Source of the DNA: a virus
Taxonomy: Duplodnaviria; Caudoviricetes
Virus record (IMG/VR): IMGVR_UViG_3300031801_000004
Span: 1 to 38,395 of that record
Length of the DNA stretch: 38,395 nucleotides
Reading direction: 5' to 3' (one strand)
The notes beneath the pieces were generated by a model that worked only from the letters and a program-made list of their open reading frames with translations, ran no database searches and was not told the DNA's origin. Positions 25,819 through 37,909 of the stretch are shown here, in pieces. The position numbers and the translations under genes were made by a program. The first letter of the stretch is position 1, and each line of letters starts with the position of its first letter.

Positions 25819-26041
25819 GGCACTGTTAATGCTTCTCTCACATGGTGAATACACCGTTAGAATAAAGCTCTCCTGGTGCCTGTGTGTGCACAGCCTTCCA
25901 GGCGGAGATAGACTCTACGGAATCCCCCGGATCGTAATTGTCGGACTGATCCCTCCATGGGCAGCCGAACTAAACTGACGCCCGCGCAGGGGTCATCTGC
26001 GACTAGTCGGTCCACCCCGTCATGAGCGAAAGGACACTCGT

Positions 26042-26239
26042 ATGATTGCTATCACCCGATACTCCACTAGAGAGTTGAAGGACACCATCATCCCCGTGGG
26101 ACCGGTGACTGTGTCGTACAATGGCGTCACGATAGGGACTGCGCGCGACATCAAGATTACCCATGATCGCGTGACCTGTTCGGTGTTCTTAGATTCACCT
26201 GGAGACAGTGAGTGTGATGAACTTTCAGACCCGCAATAA
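26042..26239 (+). CDS. Hypothetical protein
   Basis: 65 aa, AAGGA RBS. Confidence 0.5.
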   Translation: MIAITRYSTRELKDTIIPVGPVTVSYNGVTIGTARDIKITHDRVTCSVFLDSPGDSECDELSDPQ

Positions 26240-26549
26240 TAAATACGGTGTCGCCGCCAAGGAGGACCGTACGGTTGACGGAATCGTTTTCGCATCGAAA
26301 AAGGAAGCGACCAGGTACGGCGAGCTGAAGCTACTCCAGGACGCGGGGAAGATTTTCAACCTGGCGTTGCAGCCAAAATGGAAAATCGTTATCAACGAAG
26401 TACACGTCTGCTCCTACATAGGCGATTTTCGGTACTTGGAAAACGGACAACTAATCATCGAAGATGCAAAGGGCGTTGCGACTCCCGTTTACCGCCTCAA
26501 GAAGAAGCTAATGAAAGCTGTCCATGGAATCCTAATCAAGGAGGTCTAG
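26208..26549 (+). CDS. DUF1064 family PD-(D/E)xK nuclease-like protein
   Basis: NKYG...VDGIVFASKKEA.RY.EL...LQP...YIGDFRY...IEDAKG..TPVYRLKKKL. Confidence 0.85.
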   Translation: MSVMNFQTRNNKYGVAAKEDRTVDGIVFASKKEATRYGELKLLQDAGKIFNLALQPKWKIVINEVHVCSYIGDFRYLENGQLIIEDAKGVATPVYRLKKKLMKAVHGILIKEV

Positions 26550-26576
26550 GATGACTGAACGCGGTCGAGATAAGGA

Positions 26577-26822
26577 TTGAAGCGGATGATTGATCCACTC
26601 AAGAATGAGAAGGACGGCTTTGATTGGCGGTGGCACCCATGCCCCGGTTGTGACGGTGGTGAACAATGTCCGTGCGAAGATGCGGTAATTGTGGCGTACG
26701 TGGGGAGTGTTGCAGACCAGGATTTGGTCAGTCGACTCCACCAGGTTTCTACTTGCATCCCAAATGGAAAATATCTATCAACGGAGTCAGGATTATCGAC
26801 TCACCACGACACGGAGGTCTAG
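26577..26822 (+). CDS. Hypothetical protein
   Basis: ~80 aa with CPGC...CPC; start uncertain. Confidence 0.4.
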   Translation: MKRMIDPLKNEKDGFDWRWHPCPGCDGGEQCPCEDAVIVAYVGSVADQDLVSRLHQVSTCIPNGKYLSTESGLSTHHDTEV

Positions 26823-26823
26823 G

Positions 26824-27045
26824 ATGCGTCTCTTAATTGCCATCGTTTTGCTGATAACCGCCTCAATGCTGACTGCTGGCACTGCCGAGGCGAGGGGACG
26901 GAAGTTGTTTCGTCGGTCCCGCGAGAAGGCGAATAATTCCCGAATCTACACACGGCAATCCTATGCCCCATACCGCCGGCAATACGCTCCAGTTCGGCGT
27001 GTGATGCGGTCGGTCAGATACGCTGCCGCGGCTTGCAGCACCTGA
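26824..27045 (+). CDS. Small secreted Arg-rich protein
   Basis: GGAGG RBS; signal peptide MRLLIAIVLLITASMLTAGTAEA. Confidence 0.55.
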   Translation: MRLLIAIVLLITASMLTAGTAEARGRKLFRRSREKANNSRIYTRQSYAPYRRQYAPVRRVMRSVRYAAAACST

Positions 27046-27263
27046 CGATAGCGGCACACGGGCAGTTGCCCGACGACGCGTGCGTGGACGCCTAAACTCC
27101 ACAACCTCACAGAGAACACCTAACCACCTCGCGATTCTAGAACGCGGGGGATGCAGATCGCGAATACTGCGGTCCCTTGGCGGGCGGGAGGTGGTCTTTT
27201 CATCCAACTGCGATAATCGGGTAGACTATCCAGGGATAAATCACTTTCCCAGGAGTCTGCCAG

Positions 27264-28844
27264 ATGGGCACAGTCCTTTCATACGCTGAGACATATTCTG
27301 ACTTATCCGATGAGGCGTCCAGGACCCTGCAGGATATGCGTCCCAGATGCCCCGGTTACCAGGGGTGGCTCCGAAAGGGAGATGTCGACGACGATGACGA
27401 AGCTCTAGAGGAATTTCTTGAATCTGAGCACGGCATCACGGTTCGCGACGATGGCCGGGTGGAATTCGACCACCTGACGGCGCGCAACCGGAAAATCATC
27501 GGCGACCACCCGGTAGTTCTGAACCATCACACCAGCGACGCGCTCGAAGAGTCCATTCTGGAACGAGGGCTGCTCCGCCGCAGCAAAGACGGCGTCCCGA
27601 GCACAAACCCCCATGTCAACAGTGGCGCCGGCGTCTATCTGACGACCGAGCACACGGGTCCCGTTGTCGATGGCTACCATTCCGTCGCCACCGGTATGCA
27701 CGGCGGTGGACCACGGACGTTCGAGGTTGAGGCTTACCTGGACGAACTCCAGCACGATCCGGACGACGAGGACCTGTCAGTTGGGAAACGGCAGTTCGTT
27801 GCTCCGTCCATCGCTCCGGACAAGATTCTCAATGCGCTGCGCAAAGAGGGGCGGCCAGAGCTTTATACGCCCATGTCGTACGCCAGGACTCCCGGCGAGA
27901 CGATGACGAAAAATGGGGTGACCTATGTCCTTAACGAAAACCACAGGTGGGCAAGCCAAGAACGTTCGCCAACGTTAGCTAACGTTAGCCCGCATGAAAC
28001 CGAACGTTCGGTTGGTAAAACCGCACGTGCGGTTCCTGCCGCGGCGGCATCACAAAAGACGCTTGAAGAATTGAGGCTGTCGCATTTACTGAAGCAAGCG
28101 TCCGATGCCGGCATAATGGAAGCCTGGGATTCTCTTAGCGATTATGCCGGTATAGAGCCCAATCCCCACGCCACCGAGGATTACCAGGCACTTAAAGGGT
28201 TTCTGGAATCTCACGATGGATACCAGAAATACGTTAACGACCAGAATATTCGCCGGGAAAACGCCAACCTGGCGAGAGATCGAATTAAGGACCGGATTGG
28301 TTATTTCATCGAGGAATCCGGGCTAGAGCCAGAGGCAGCCAGCCAATACCAAAAAGCCTCCGAATCAGTTCTCGACTACATGACCCATGACGCGTTGCGG
28401 CTGTTCGCCCGGAATGTCCAGGGAATCAACTACCACGGAAACCTCGCTTCCCTCCAGAAATCACACCATAAAATGAGCGGAAGAGACGCATCCAATGTTG
28501 GAGGATTTTGGTCCTGGCATCCCAGTGAAGACGGCGGAGATTTGCATTTAGACGGCGGACACGACACGGACGAACATACCCGATTTACCGTTCGGCACCT
28601 GTACGCACACGAGTTTGCACATGCCATTGACGGTCAGCAGAAGCTATCCACCCAGCCTGACTGGGTATCTGCCTGGGAATATGAAATTAAGACCTCAGTA
28701 CATCCGCCCAGCGAATACTCGCAGACAAACGCCGTAGAGGGATTTGCGGAGTTCGGTCGTCTGGTTCTGACGTCCCCCGCGGACGCACGCGAGAACTACC
28801 CGGACTGCTACGATTTCTGGAAGAAAAACGGTATCGCACAATGA
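27264..28844 (+). CDS. Polyvalent protein: ADP-ribosyltransferase-like domain + zincin metallopeptidase
   Basis: N-terminal LNHHTS...ILERGL...GVYLT (ART-like). C-terminal HEFAH...SEYSQTN..EGFAE (HExxH zincin). Confidence 0.75.
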   Translation: MGTVLSYAETYSDLSDEASRTLQDMRPRCPGYQGWLRKGDVDDDDEALEEFLESEHGITVRDDGRVEFDHLTARNRKIIGDHPVVLNHHTSDALEESILERGLLRRSKDGVPSTNPHVNSGAGVYLTTEHTGPVVDGYHSVATGMHGGGPRTFEVEAYLDELQHDPDDEDLSVGKRQFVAPSIAPDKILNALRKEGRPELYTPMSYARTPGETMTKNGVTYVLNENHRWASQERSPTLANVSPHETERSVGKTARAVPAAAASQKTLEELRLSHLLKQASDAGIMEAWDSLSDYAGIEPNPHATEDYQALKGFLESHDGYQKYVNDQNIRRENANLARDRIKDRIGYFIEESGLEPEAASQYQKASESVLDYMTHDALRLFARNVQGINYHGNLASLQKSHHKMSGRDASNVGGFWSWHPSEDGGDLHLDGGHDTDEHTRFTVRHLYAHEFAHAIDGQQKLSTQPDWVSAWEYEIKTSVHPPSEYSQTNAVEGFAEFGRLVLTSPADARENYPDCYDFWKKNGIAQ

Positions 28845-31800
28845 AAACCATGCTACCCGAGATTTTTTCTGGTTCAGTTGATACTGACGGAACGCATGCG
28901 GACATCCTGTTAACGGCGGGTGCCGCGAGCAAACCAGGCGAACCTCTGCGGTATGACGAGGAGTTCGAAGGGAAGCATCCGAGGGGTGGAGGCGGAAGAT
29001 TTCAGCCGGCAGACTTCGACCATTACATGGACGTCCGGAAACGCAACGAGTCCATGCGTCTGCCGCGAGCCACGGACAGCGACTTTGACCGCGCCGCGCA
29101 CGAACCGCGACCGTGGGACGAAAAGCGGACAAATCGGGCAAAGAAGTTTTTCAATCGGGATAATGTCCACCTGGTGGATATGCCATCGCACTGGATGGCC
29201 GTCTCAGAGCGAGACATCGCCGACGACCGACAGCAGCGACTGGATGATATCGGAGGAACCGATGACCCCATCATGGCTGCAATCGACCACAAAGGTGGCG
29301 ACCATATTTACACGGTCGACGACGGCAACAACCGTGTCCACTGGGCACAGAAGAACGGACAGGAATCTGTCCCGGCATTCATTCACGGCGACCAGGAGGA
29401 TATCGGTCAGCTAAAACAGAGGATTGCAGATTATCTCGCCGGAAATGACAGGATCCCGCCGACCACACACAGCGAAAAGGGAGAGCCCCTCCGCTACGAC
29501 GAGCAGGGCATGCAGCCGGGCGATACGAAAAGCGAAAACGGCGTCACCTACGTCTTGAACCAGAATCACCGCTGGACCCGCCAAGACGACGAACCATTCT
29601 CCTTGGCCGTCCAGCCGGCCGTACTCCCCAAGAAAGCCACATTCGACGACCAGGGCGGACAACAGGGCGGTCTATTCGAAACGGGCGGTCTTGCCGGGCA
29701 GATGGACCTGTTCAAGCGGCCAGGCACACCGGACGACTTGGTCCAGAAGGGCGCCGGCGGTGGAATTATCGCCGAGCCGAACGAACAACCGAACGCGACG
29801 AACGAACTGAACTCTCCAAGTCCTGATGATGAAAGTAGTTCCGATGCGCCGCGTGACGAACAACCGAACGAACAAAAGCTGCGCAGCCAGGTCCAGGATA
29901 ACACCCACACGATGGGGAGCGTCGTAAGCGGCCAATTCCCCGTTGGTGTTGGGTCGGCTCCTAAGGACTCGAATCGGGCTAAGCAGCACGGCCTGCAGGC
30001 GATAACGGTTAACAACCATGTCGTTTACGGAAAGGATGAAAACCAGGGCAAGATTATGGAGGTCGCCGGCCTCCTCGAAGACGGTAAGTACGGCACAACC
30101 GAATTCTCACGCGCGCTGGGCTATACGGACGAGGAGATCGATACCTACAAGGAGTTTCTGGCGGCCACCGGCAAGGAACACCTGATTAACGACGAAGCCC
30201 ATTATTCTCCTGGGTCGCAGATTAATCTTCCTAACAACGCGATCACCGCATACGGCGATAACGGCGTCGACCTGACCTACCTCGGAGAGAAGGACGGTCA
30301 CGCTTACCTGGAGTGGTCAAGCAAGACGTCACCGAAGGGGTTTCAGATAGTCAAGGGTGGATCGGCAAATGATGCAGTGGTTGGCAATCCAGAAACCTGG
30401 GGGCGCGCCATAAAGATGCCGGAAGAGTCCCTGAAAGGATTCGTCAACGACATGCAGGGGGTGATCGAGATTCAGCCCAGCAAGCACCCGGAAATCCAGG
30501 CAGTCAGCCGCGGCGACTCCGAATTGCTTGGGAAAGGCCACGAGGCCGTAGCATGGAAAGTTGGCGACAAGATCGTCAAAAAAGGGACTACCGCGCCTTT
30601 CGATGCTCTCGGCGGTGGGTCCACCGGCCAGGGGCACAGAACACCACAGGAGGCGATGGACTCGATCGGCAGCGATCTGGCGAACACCAGGCGGATGCTC
30701 AAGGAGGGTATCCCGGGCATTCAGACAATGACGACCTCGGTCGAGAAGGGCGCCAACGGCGCACCCGACGCAGCATTCTCAATAACAGACGCGCTCGACA
30801 TCGACACCAGAATGACCCGCGCGCAGCTAGACCAGGTGCGCGATTCCATTCGAGCCCTGCACAAAAACGGCTGGACGCTAAACGACAAGCTGCAGGTCGG
30901 TCTTGGGAAGGACGGAAAGCCTTATCACTTCGATATCGGGCTCGCCAGCAAGGAAGGCAGTGAGTACGACCGCGCCGACGATCTTACCTATCTGAGGATG
31001 GTTTACCAGGACCACGGGGAAGATTTACTGCCATGGGGAGAGCAGGCAGAGAACACGTTTAACGAGTTCCAGTTTGTCGTAAATGACTTCGGCGGGCACG
31101 TCGAAAGCGACAAGATGCTGGTGGACGATGCGAAATCCGCGAATCGAGCCCGCAAAGGGATCATCGACGACGACCCGTCCCGCGCAGCGGAGCTTAATAA
31201 GTCGTTCTCAGACGCGTTAATCAAATCTGGCCTGGACCCGCTCGATTACTTGGAAAAGAGCGAATTCAGCACGGGTCCCAAGGTCCAGAAGTCTCTCTTC
31301 CGTCGCTGCCGGATTGCCAAAATCAGGTACGAGAAGGAATCTGCCGGCGGCGGCTGGATGAGTCTCGGTGGCGCTCCCGTGTTCGTGGGAGAGAGTGGGA
31401 AGATTGAAATGGGCTGCCCGGGACTCCGCGGGGAGACACTCAGCAGCCTGGATGACGACCCCGGCGCGCGGGCGAAACGCCAGAAGGAGGCCGAGCAGGC
31501 CGGTTGGGAATCCCAGGAGACAAAGGACGCCAGAGACACCCACGAGGAGGCCAAGGAGAAGTTAAAGGATTTCGTGGTCCTCACCCGACTCGGAGACAAA
31601 ATCTATGTTTTTGGAGGAGATGCGGCGGTTCTAAACGACCTCACGCAAGTCGGCGACGGAGAAACGGCCAACTTCGACACCGAGGACCTGGACCACCATA
31701 TGGGTCGATTGGTCGATGCGGGGCATCGGGTCGCTATCGTCGACCGCACCGAGGAGGGAGACCCAGACCTCGATTCGGAGCTTGATGGTGAGGCCGAGGA

Positions 31801-34800
31801 GATAAAAGAGGAGTCCGATGAAAAAAAAGAGCCGGAAATTTTAACCGACCCGGATGGATTAAAGGAACTTTCACCGGACGCCCCATCAAATGAGCCGTGG
31901 GAAGGTTCCGCGGACGACCTAGCCGAAGAACCCGAGGAGTTAGAGCCAGATGAATTCGGAGAATTTATTGAAGTCGATCCGAAAGTCAACGGAGATAATA
32001 CGGGCGGCGGTCGTGCCGGGTCAGTCTCCGAAGGTCGTGTTTCTGCAGCAGGGTCCCCTGTCGCACCAGTCGCCGACCCCGCCACCGAAGGAATCGAAGC
32101 CAGCTCCTCCGCCGCCTCCCCCACCGAAGACCACCTGCTGCCCTCCACGGAGGTGACGACCGAACAAGTAGTCAGCCAGTTGGCCGACATCTTGAAAGAA
32201 GACCTTCCGCCCGAGGCACACGCACAGGTCGACCAGGCCGCCGCCGCGGCATTGAAGTCAGGCGAGCCATTCGACCTTTACCAAGCAATCACATCAGGTC
32301 CCCACCCGACAAGCCGCGCCGCGCGACACAAAATGGTGGGAATTCTTGCGGAGCACGACAATGCCGAAGGAACACTTGCACCTACTGTGGAGAGACCAGG
32401 ACAGCTTCCCGGTAATGGGTTGGATCGAGGAGGAACCGGTCTGGCTCAAGGAGGGACTTCTGCCGAGTCAGAGTCTCCTGGAGACGTGGGACCAAATGAA
32501 CAGCAGTCCTTGCAAGACAAACACACCCTCGCCGCCGGTCACATCGAGCACGCCCCCACCTCCGTTAAAGGAATCCTCCAGTCACTCCACGGACTCCGAT
32601 CCGCCAAAAACAAAGGAGTAGTCCAGACCACCCAGCTTGGCCACGAGTACGCGCGAGAAATCTACGACCACCTGAGGAGCGAGAAGGAGTCCGCGGACTT
32701 CGGGGACCTGCACGACCTGTCTCGCACGCTGGGACACGGAGCAATCGGCTACGAGTCGCCCGGCGGAAACATTGTGATGGTTCCCCCGAAATTCAAAACG
32801 GACGACTGGGACGTTCGATATTCGGTCCCGAGAAACGACGTCGAAGCGGCCGAACCGCCACCGCAAGAACAGGCTCCCGCGGCGCCCGTCGCCCCCAGCA
32901 AGCCCCGCGGAGTGAATCCCAAGAGCCATTTCGGAAAAGCAATTATCGAAGCACTTGGACCTAAATCCCCGGACATGTCCGAGGACGATTACCGCGAGAT
33001 GCAGGAGCAATTCAAGGAGACCGCGGAAAGCATTTTCAAACAAAAAGAGGCGGCGGCGACGCTCCGCGCGTCTGGAATCAATGATGTAATCGGGCAATAT
33101 TTCAGCAGCGAACCCGTCATAGGTGTAAATCCAGAGACTGGAAAGAAAACTCGTGGCGCGTCTCCACGGCAGAGATTCTTAGGTTCGCTCCACGCCTACC
33201 GCGGGAAAGATTACTCTGCGTTTCAACGCAACAGCAACTTCGGGAAAACCTTCGACGATATGGCGGATGCTGCGGCACTTCACTACCCAGATATTCTCGA
33301 TTGGGATATCGGAGCATCAGCAAAAAAAGGCGATGCCGCCGCCGCCCTGTGGGATACGCTCCAGAACAACGTCATGCAGGAGTTGAAGCCTTGGCACGAC
33401 GAGGTCATCGACGAAACCCTCAAGCAATTTTCCCATATGGAGCAGGAGCCGGACGAAAAAGCCCAGGAGCTAATCGAAGCCATGCAGAGCGAGGAGTTTG
33501 CCCGCCGCGGGGCGAAGATTCGCTATCGCAAATGGGCGCGCGGCAAGCTGAGTCGCTATCGAGCCGCATCCCACGACGGCGGCGCAATGGACGTGGCAAA
33601 CGCGACGTCCCGTTCCGGCGGCGCAGTCGGTCCAAACGCCAAGGTTCCGAAGATCGCCTCGAAGCTGGCCTCAAAGCTTGGTAAGCGAGCGACTGTCCTG
33701 GACTTTGGCGCCGGCAAGGAAGGCATTCACGCTAAAGGCATGGCCGCCAAGGGGATTAACGTCACGGCCTATGATTTTGGGGATAACCAGAATCGCGGCA
33801 TTCACGACCCGAAGGCGCTGGACCGCCAGTACTGCATCGTTTACGCGTCGAATGTTCTGAACGTCCAGGACTCGATCAGCGAATTACGCAAGACGATAAA
33901 GGAAATCGCGGATTCAACTGAGTCCAACGGGTTCGTTGTCGCCAATCTCCCGGCATCGCCCCGCAAGGGCGTGTTCGATGGGATGACCGCCGAGCAGGGC
34001 ACCAACATGGTCCGTAAGCTGTTGGAGAAAGCTGTGGGCAAGTGTGAGGTTTTGGAGGGTGGAAACACGTCACCTATTTTCCAGTGCCAGAAGTCCTCGC
34101 CCATCAAAAACCGCAAAGCCGGCCACGCCTTGTACTACTATATGAAGCGCAGCGGCCGATCACACGGCGACTCCCTCCGCATGCTGCGATACGCCAGGCA
34201 ACTCTCATTGTTTGGAGACGCGCCGACCGGACCACCTGCCGACTGGGAAGAAACGAAGCACCCGCGCGGAGGAGGTGGCCAATTCGCCACATCGTCATCC
34301 GCGACAGCACCACCGGCAGCCCCGCCAGTCGAGAAGACTCCAGCTGCCCCGGAAAAAGAACCTTCACCAGAGAAGGCGTCGAATGAAGACCTGGTGATGA
34401 GGATTAAATCCGGCGACCAATCGGCGCAGGACCAGCTCTTGCAGCAAAACGGCGGGCTACTCCGGAATATCGCGACACGGTTCTCCCGCAACGAGTCCGA
34501 TCGCCAGGACCTGCAGCAGGAAGCCGCCATTGCGATGCTGCGCGCCGTCGACAAGTTCGACCCGGAGAAGGGTAAGAAGTTCTCGACGTTCGCGGCCTAC
34601 CAGATCCAGGCGTACGTGCACCGCGCAGCCCAGAAGCTGCGCCGCGGGGGTATGGCGAATGTCCCAGAAGATGAAGACTTTTCCGGGATAGCCCAGGAAG
34701 CGGCCGAAGTTCCCATGAACCCGGTCGATGAAAGGATGCGCCCGGCGTCCGACTTGGCCGGCACCGATGAAATGGTGGACCGTCTGCAGGAACTGGTCAC

Positions 34801-37800
34801 CGAACTCCCAGACCGCGACCGAGACATTCTGTCGATGCGGTTCGAACAGGGGTTGAGCTTTAAGGAAATCGGGGAGAAGTACGGAATCAGCAAGCAGGCC
34901 GCGCAGAAGGCCGCCGCGAAGTCGATGAAGATTCTGCAGGCCAATATCGGAGGTGGACAGTACGCCAAAGACGGCGACCAGTTGATCCAGTATGCGAATC
35001 AGCTGATGTTCGACTTCCCGGAGCACAACCCTGGAGACACGAAAACCGAGAATGGAATCACGTATGTTCTGAATCAGAACCATCGCTGGGAGCGAAAGGA
35101 TAAGACCACTTCCGACCCAGACCTTGCGACCACACCGCAAAGCGACACCTCAAGCGTATCTGAGGCATTAGAGCCGAATCGTGCGACCACCTTGCAGCCA
35201 CCTGATAAGACCACCTCTGAGACAGGCCAGCCCACTCCCGAGATGGCCGCCCAAGACTGGCAAGAGAACGGCGTTCGCGCGAAAGCGTTCAAGTCTTGGT
35301 TCGGTGATTGGGAGACGGACCCCGAGAACTCATCCAAGGTGGTTGATCCGGAGACTGGCTCGCCGCAAGAGCAGCATGAGACGAGTGCGGTGATTAACGA
35401 AGACGGCCAGCCCGTCCGCGTCTACCACGGAACCGCCAAGGGAGGCTGGGGCACTTTCGACAAGTCCAAACTGGACAACGCCGAAAACCTACTCTATGGA
35501 GACGGCTTCTATTTCACCGAAGACCTAGAACTCGCCAAAACCTACAAAAACAAGGGCGCGAAACCTGTTTTTAACGGTGACACTGCAGGACTGGCGGAGG
35601 CCGTAGACACACATCTGGACTGGCTGCGCGCGCAGAGCGAAGCCCCCCGCATGATCCGCAATTTCGAGTATGCAGCGGAAAGGCTACAAGGCGGAGATTC
35701 GGCCTGGCTCGACGACGAGGATTCTGCCGCACGCAACCACCTGAAAATGTGGTTACCAGCCCACCTCACGGAGAAGTATTGGCAGCAGGACCAGAGCACC
35801 GCCGAAGTCAAGGACGTCTTTCTGAACATCCGAAACCCATACGACGCCGAGACCGGCGCCCAGGTTATGCACCTGCTGCCCGAGGACGCGCAGACCCGCA
35901 TCAAAGAGCAGCAAAAGACGCTGATCGAATCCAAACGAGGCCACCAAGTAAAGGCCGGAGAAACCGCCGCCTACAACCGCGACGAGGTGAAGAACTACGC
36001 CCGCATCGCAGCCGAGGGCGGCTTCAAGGTGCCCGACTGGAAGCAGTTCAAGGAGGCCGCCAGGCAGGCCGAGCACGAGGCCAATATCTCGCCCAGCAAT
36101 CTAGGACAACTCACGCCCGAGCAGCGCACCCAATACGCCGGACTAACCGGCAGCCAGAAGAGCGCGGTCAACGAGTGGGTAGAATCGAACGAGAAGGCCG
36201 CGGCCAGCCAAACACTCTCCAACGCCTTCGGCGCAGAGGTTGAAGGTCTACGCGCTGGCAACGTCCACTACGAGCAACTCAGGGGAGCACTCGGAGGCAA
36301 GGGGAACACGAACGCTTGGCTGGCGAAAAACGGATTTGACGGAATCACTCACATCGGCGGACAGGTGACTGGCGGAAAACACCACCGTGTTTGGATCGCC
36401 TTCGAGCCTAATCAGATCAAGTCGTCCGACAACCAAGGCACGTTCGACCCTGACGACGAGCGGATGACGTACGCCGCGGGCGGTCAGTCCCCAGAGCTTT
36501 ACCGCAAGTCCGTTCTGCGTTACATGCGTGACGAGTACCCTGAATACTACGCCAGAAAATACAAGCCGAGCCCAGGACAGCTTGGTCTATTCGACACGCC
36601 ACAGCATCAAGTAGGCGACACAAAAACCGAGAACGGAACGACATACAGGCTCAACCAGAATCATCGGTGGGAACTGGCTGATAAGGAGGAACCGCAAGCC
36701 GCGGGGGCTCAACAGCCAGGTGATGGGCAGGCGTCGCGTGAAACCGTATCGCAGCTGAGTCCAGAATCAGAGACACATGATTCCGCTGACCAGGTCGACC
36801 CATCTGCCGATTGGAAACAAAACGGCTTCCGCGCGCAGTCCTTCAAGTCTTGGTTCGGCGACTGGGAAATAGATCCGCCCAACGCGTCAAAGGTAATCGA
36901 TCCAGAGAGTGGCGAGCCGCAAGAAAACTACCACATGAGCCAGGTGAAGGGCGAAGATGGTAAGCCGGTGCAGGTTTACCATGGGACGCCTTCTGGCGGC
37001 TGGGATCGATTCGATAAGGCAAAGTTAAGCAAAGCAGATGATCTGTTGTACGGACCAGGATTTTACTTTACAGAAGACGAGACGATTGCGACGGAATACT
37101 CCGATAATCGGCCAACGGTCGATTATCACCCAAAGGACTGGGCACCGATTGAAAGCCAGATTCTCTCGTTACTTCCGCCAGACTACAAACTCCAAGAGAA
37201 GCCACGTACCGGTGATGGATTCAATGACGGCGCAGAACTCAACCTCATCTACAAGACAGGGCAGGCTGCTCATAAGAATGTGCGACTAGCGCATGAGTCC
37301 ACGGCGTCTCCTGGAAAATGGACTCTAAATCAGGTGACGATTGAAGATGACCTGCCGATGCGGGACGAGGCTGTGATGCAGCCGCTACATGACTACCTCA
37401 AGGGGTTAATGCCTCAGAAGGAAGTCAAGAACGTTTACCTTAACATTCGCAACCCGCTGGATATCGATGGGAAGTTGAGTGCAAGCGAAGCGTCGCGAAT
37501 CGCCGACGTCATGGAATCTGGAAAATGGGAAACAAAACAAGGGAGTTTCGGGACTGTCAGGGAGACGGTCGACTATCTGCGAGAAGACCACGGCGGACAT
37601 GCCGTATCGTTCGCCTACACCGAGCTGGTTCGGTTTTTTGGCGGCAAAGACAGGGCGGCAGAAATGCTACAAGCAGCTGGCTACGACGGCATTACCCACA
37701 TCGGCGGGAACATCATGGGCGGCGGACATGAGCACCGCGTCTGGATCGCCTTCGAGCCTAATCAAATTAAGAGTGCGGATAACTCCGGCACCTTCGATCC

Positions 37801-37909
37801 GGCCGACGACCGCATGAAGTACGCCGAGGGCATAGAGACCTCACACCAGCCAGGGGAAACCAAGTCGCGCAACGGCGTCACGTATGTCTTAAACCAAAAC
37901 CATCGCTGG
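27894..37909 (+). repeat. Dispersed 19-codon peptide repeat G(D/E)TKxxNGxTYxLNxNHRW, 5 copies
   Basis: Copies at 27894-27950, 29519-29575, 35033-35089, 36614-36670, 37853-37909. Much of the divergence is at synonymous positions. Confidence 0.9.

Noticed and set aside
36340-37810. Near-identical DNA at the two ART C-termini as a DGR template/variable repeat pair
   Set aside because: Differences are not adenine-specific, both copies are coding, and no reverse transcriptase is in the window. Domain duplication explains it.
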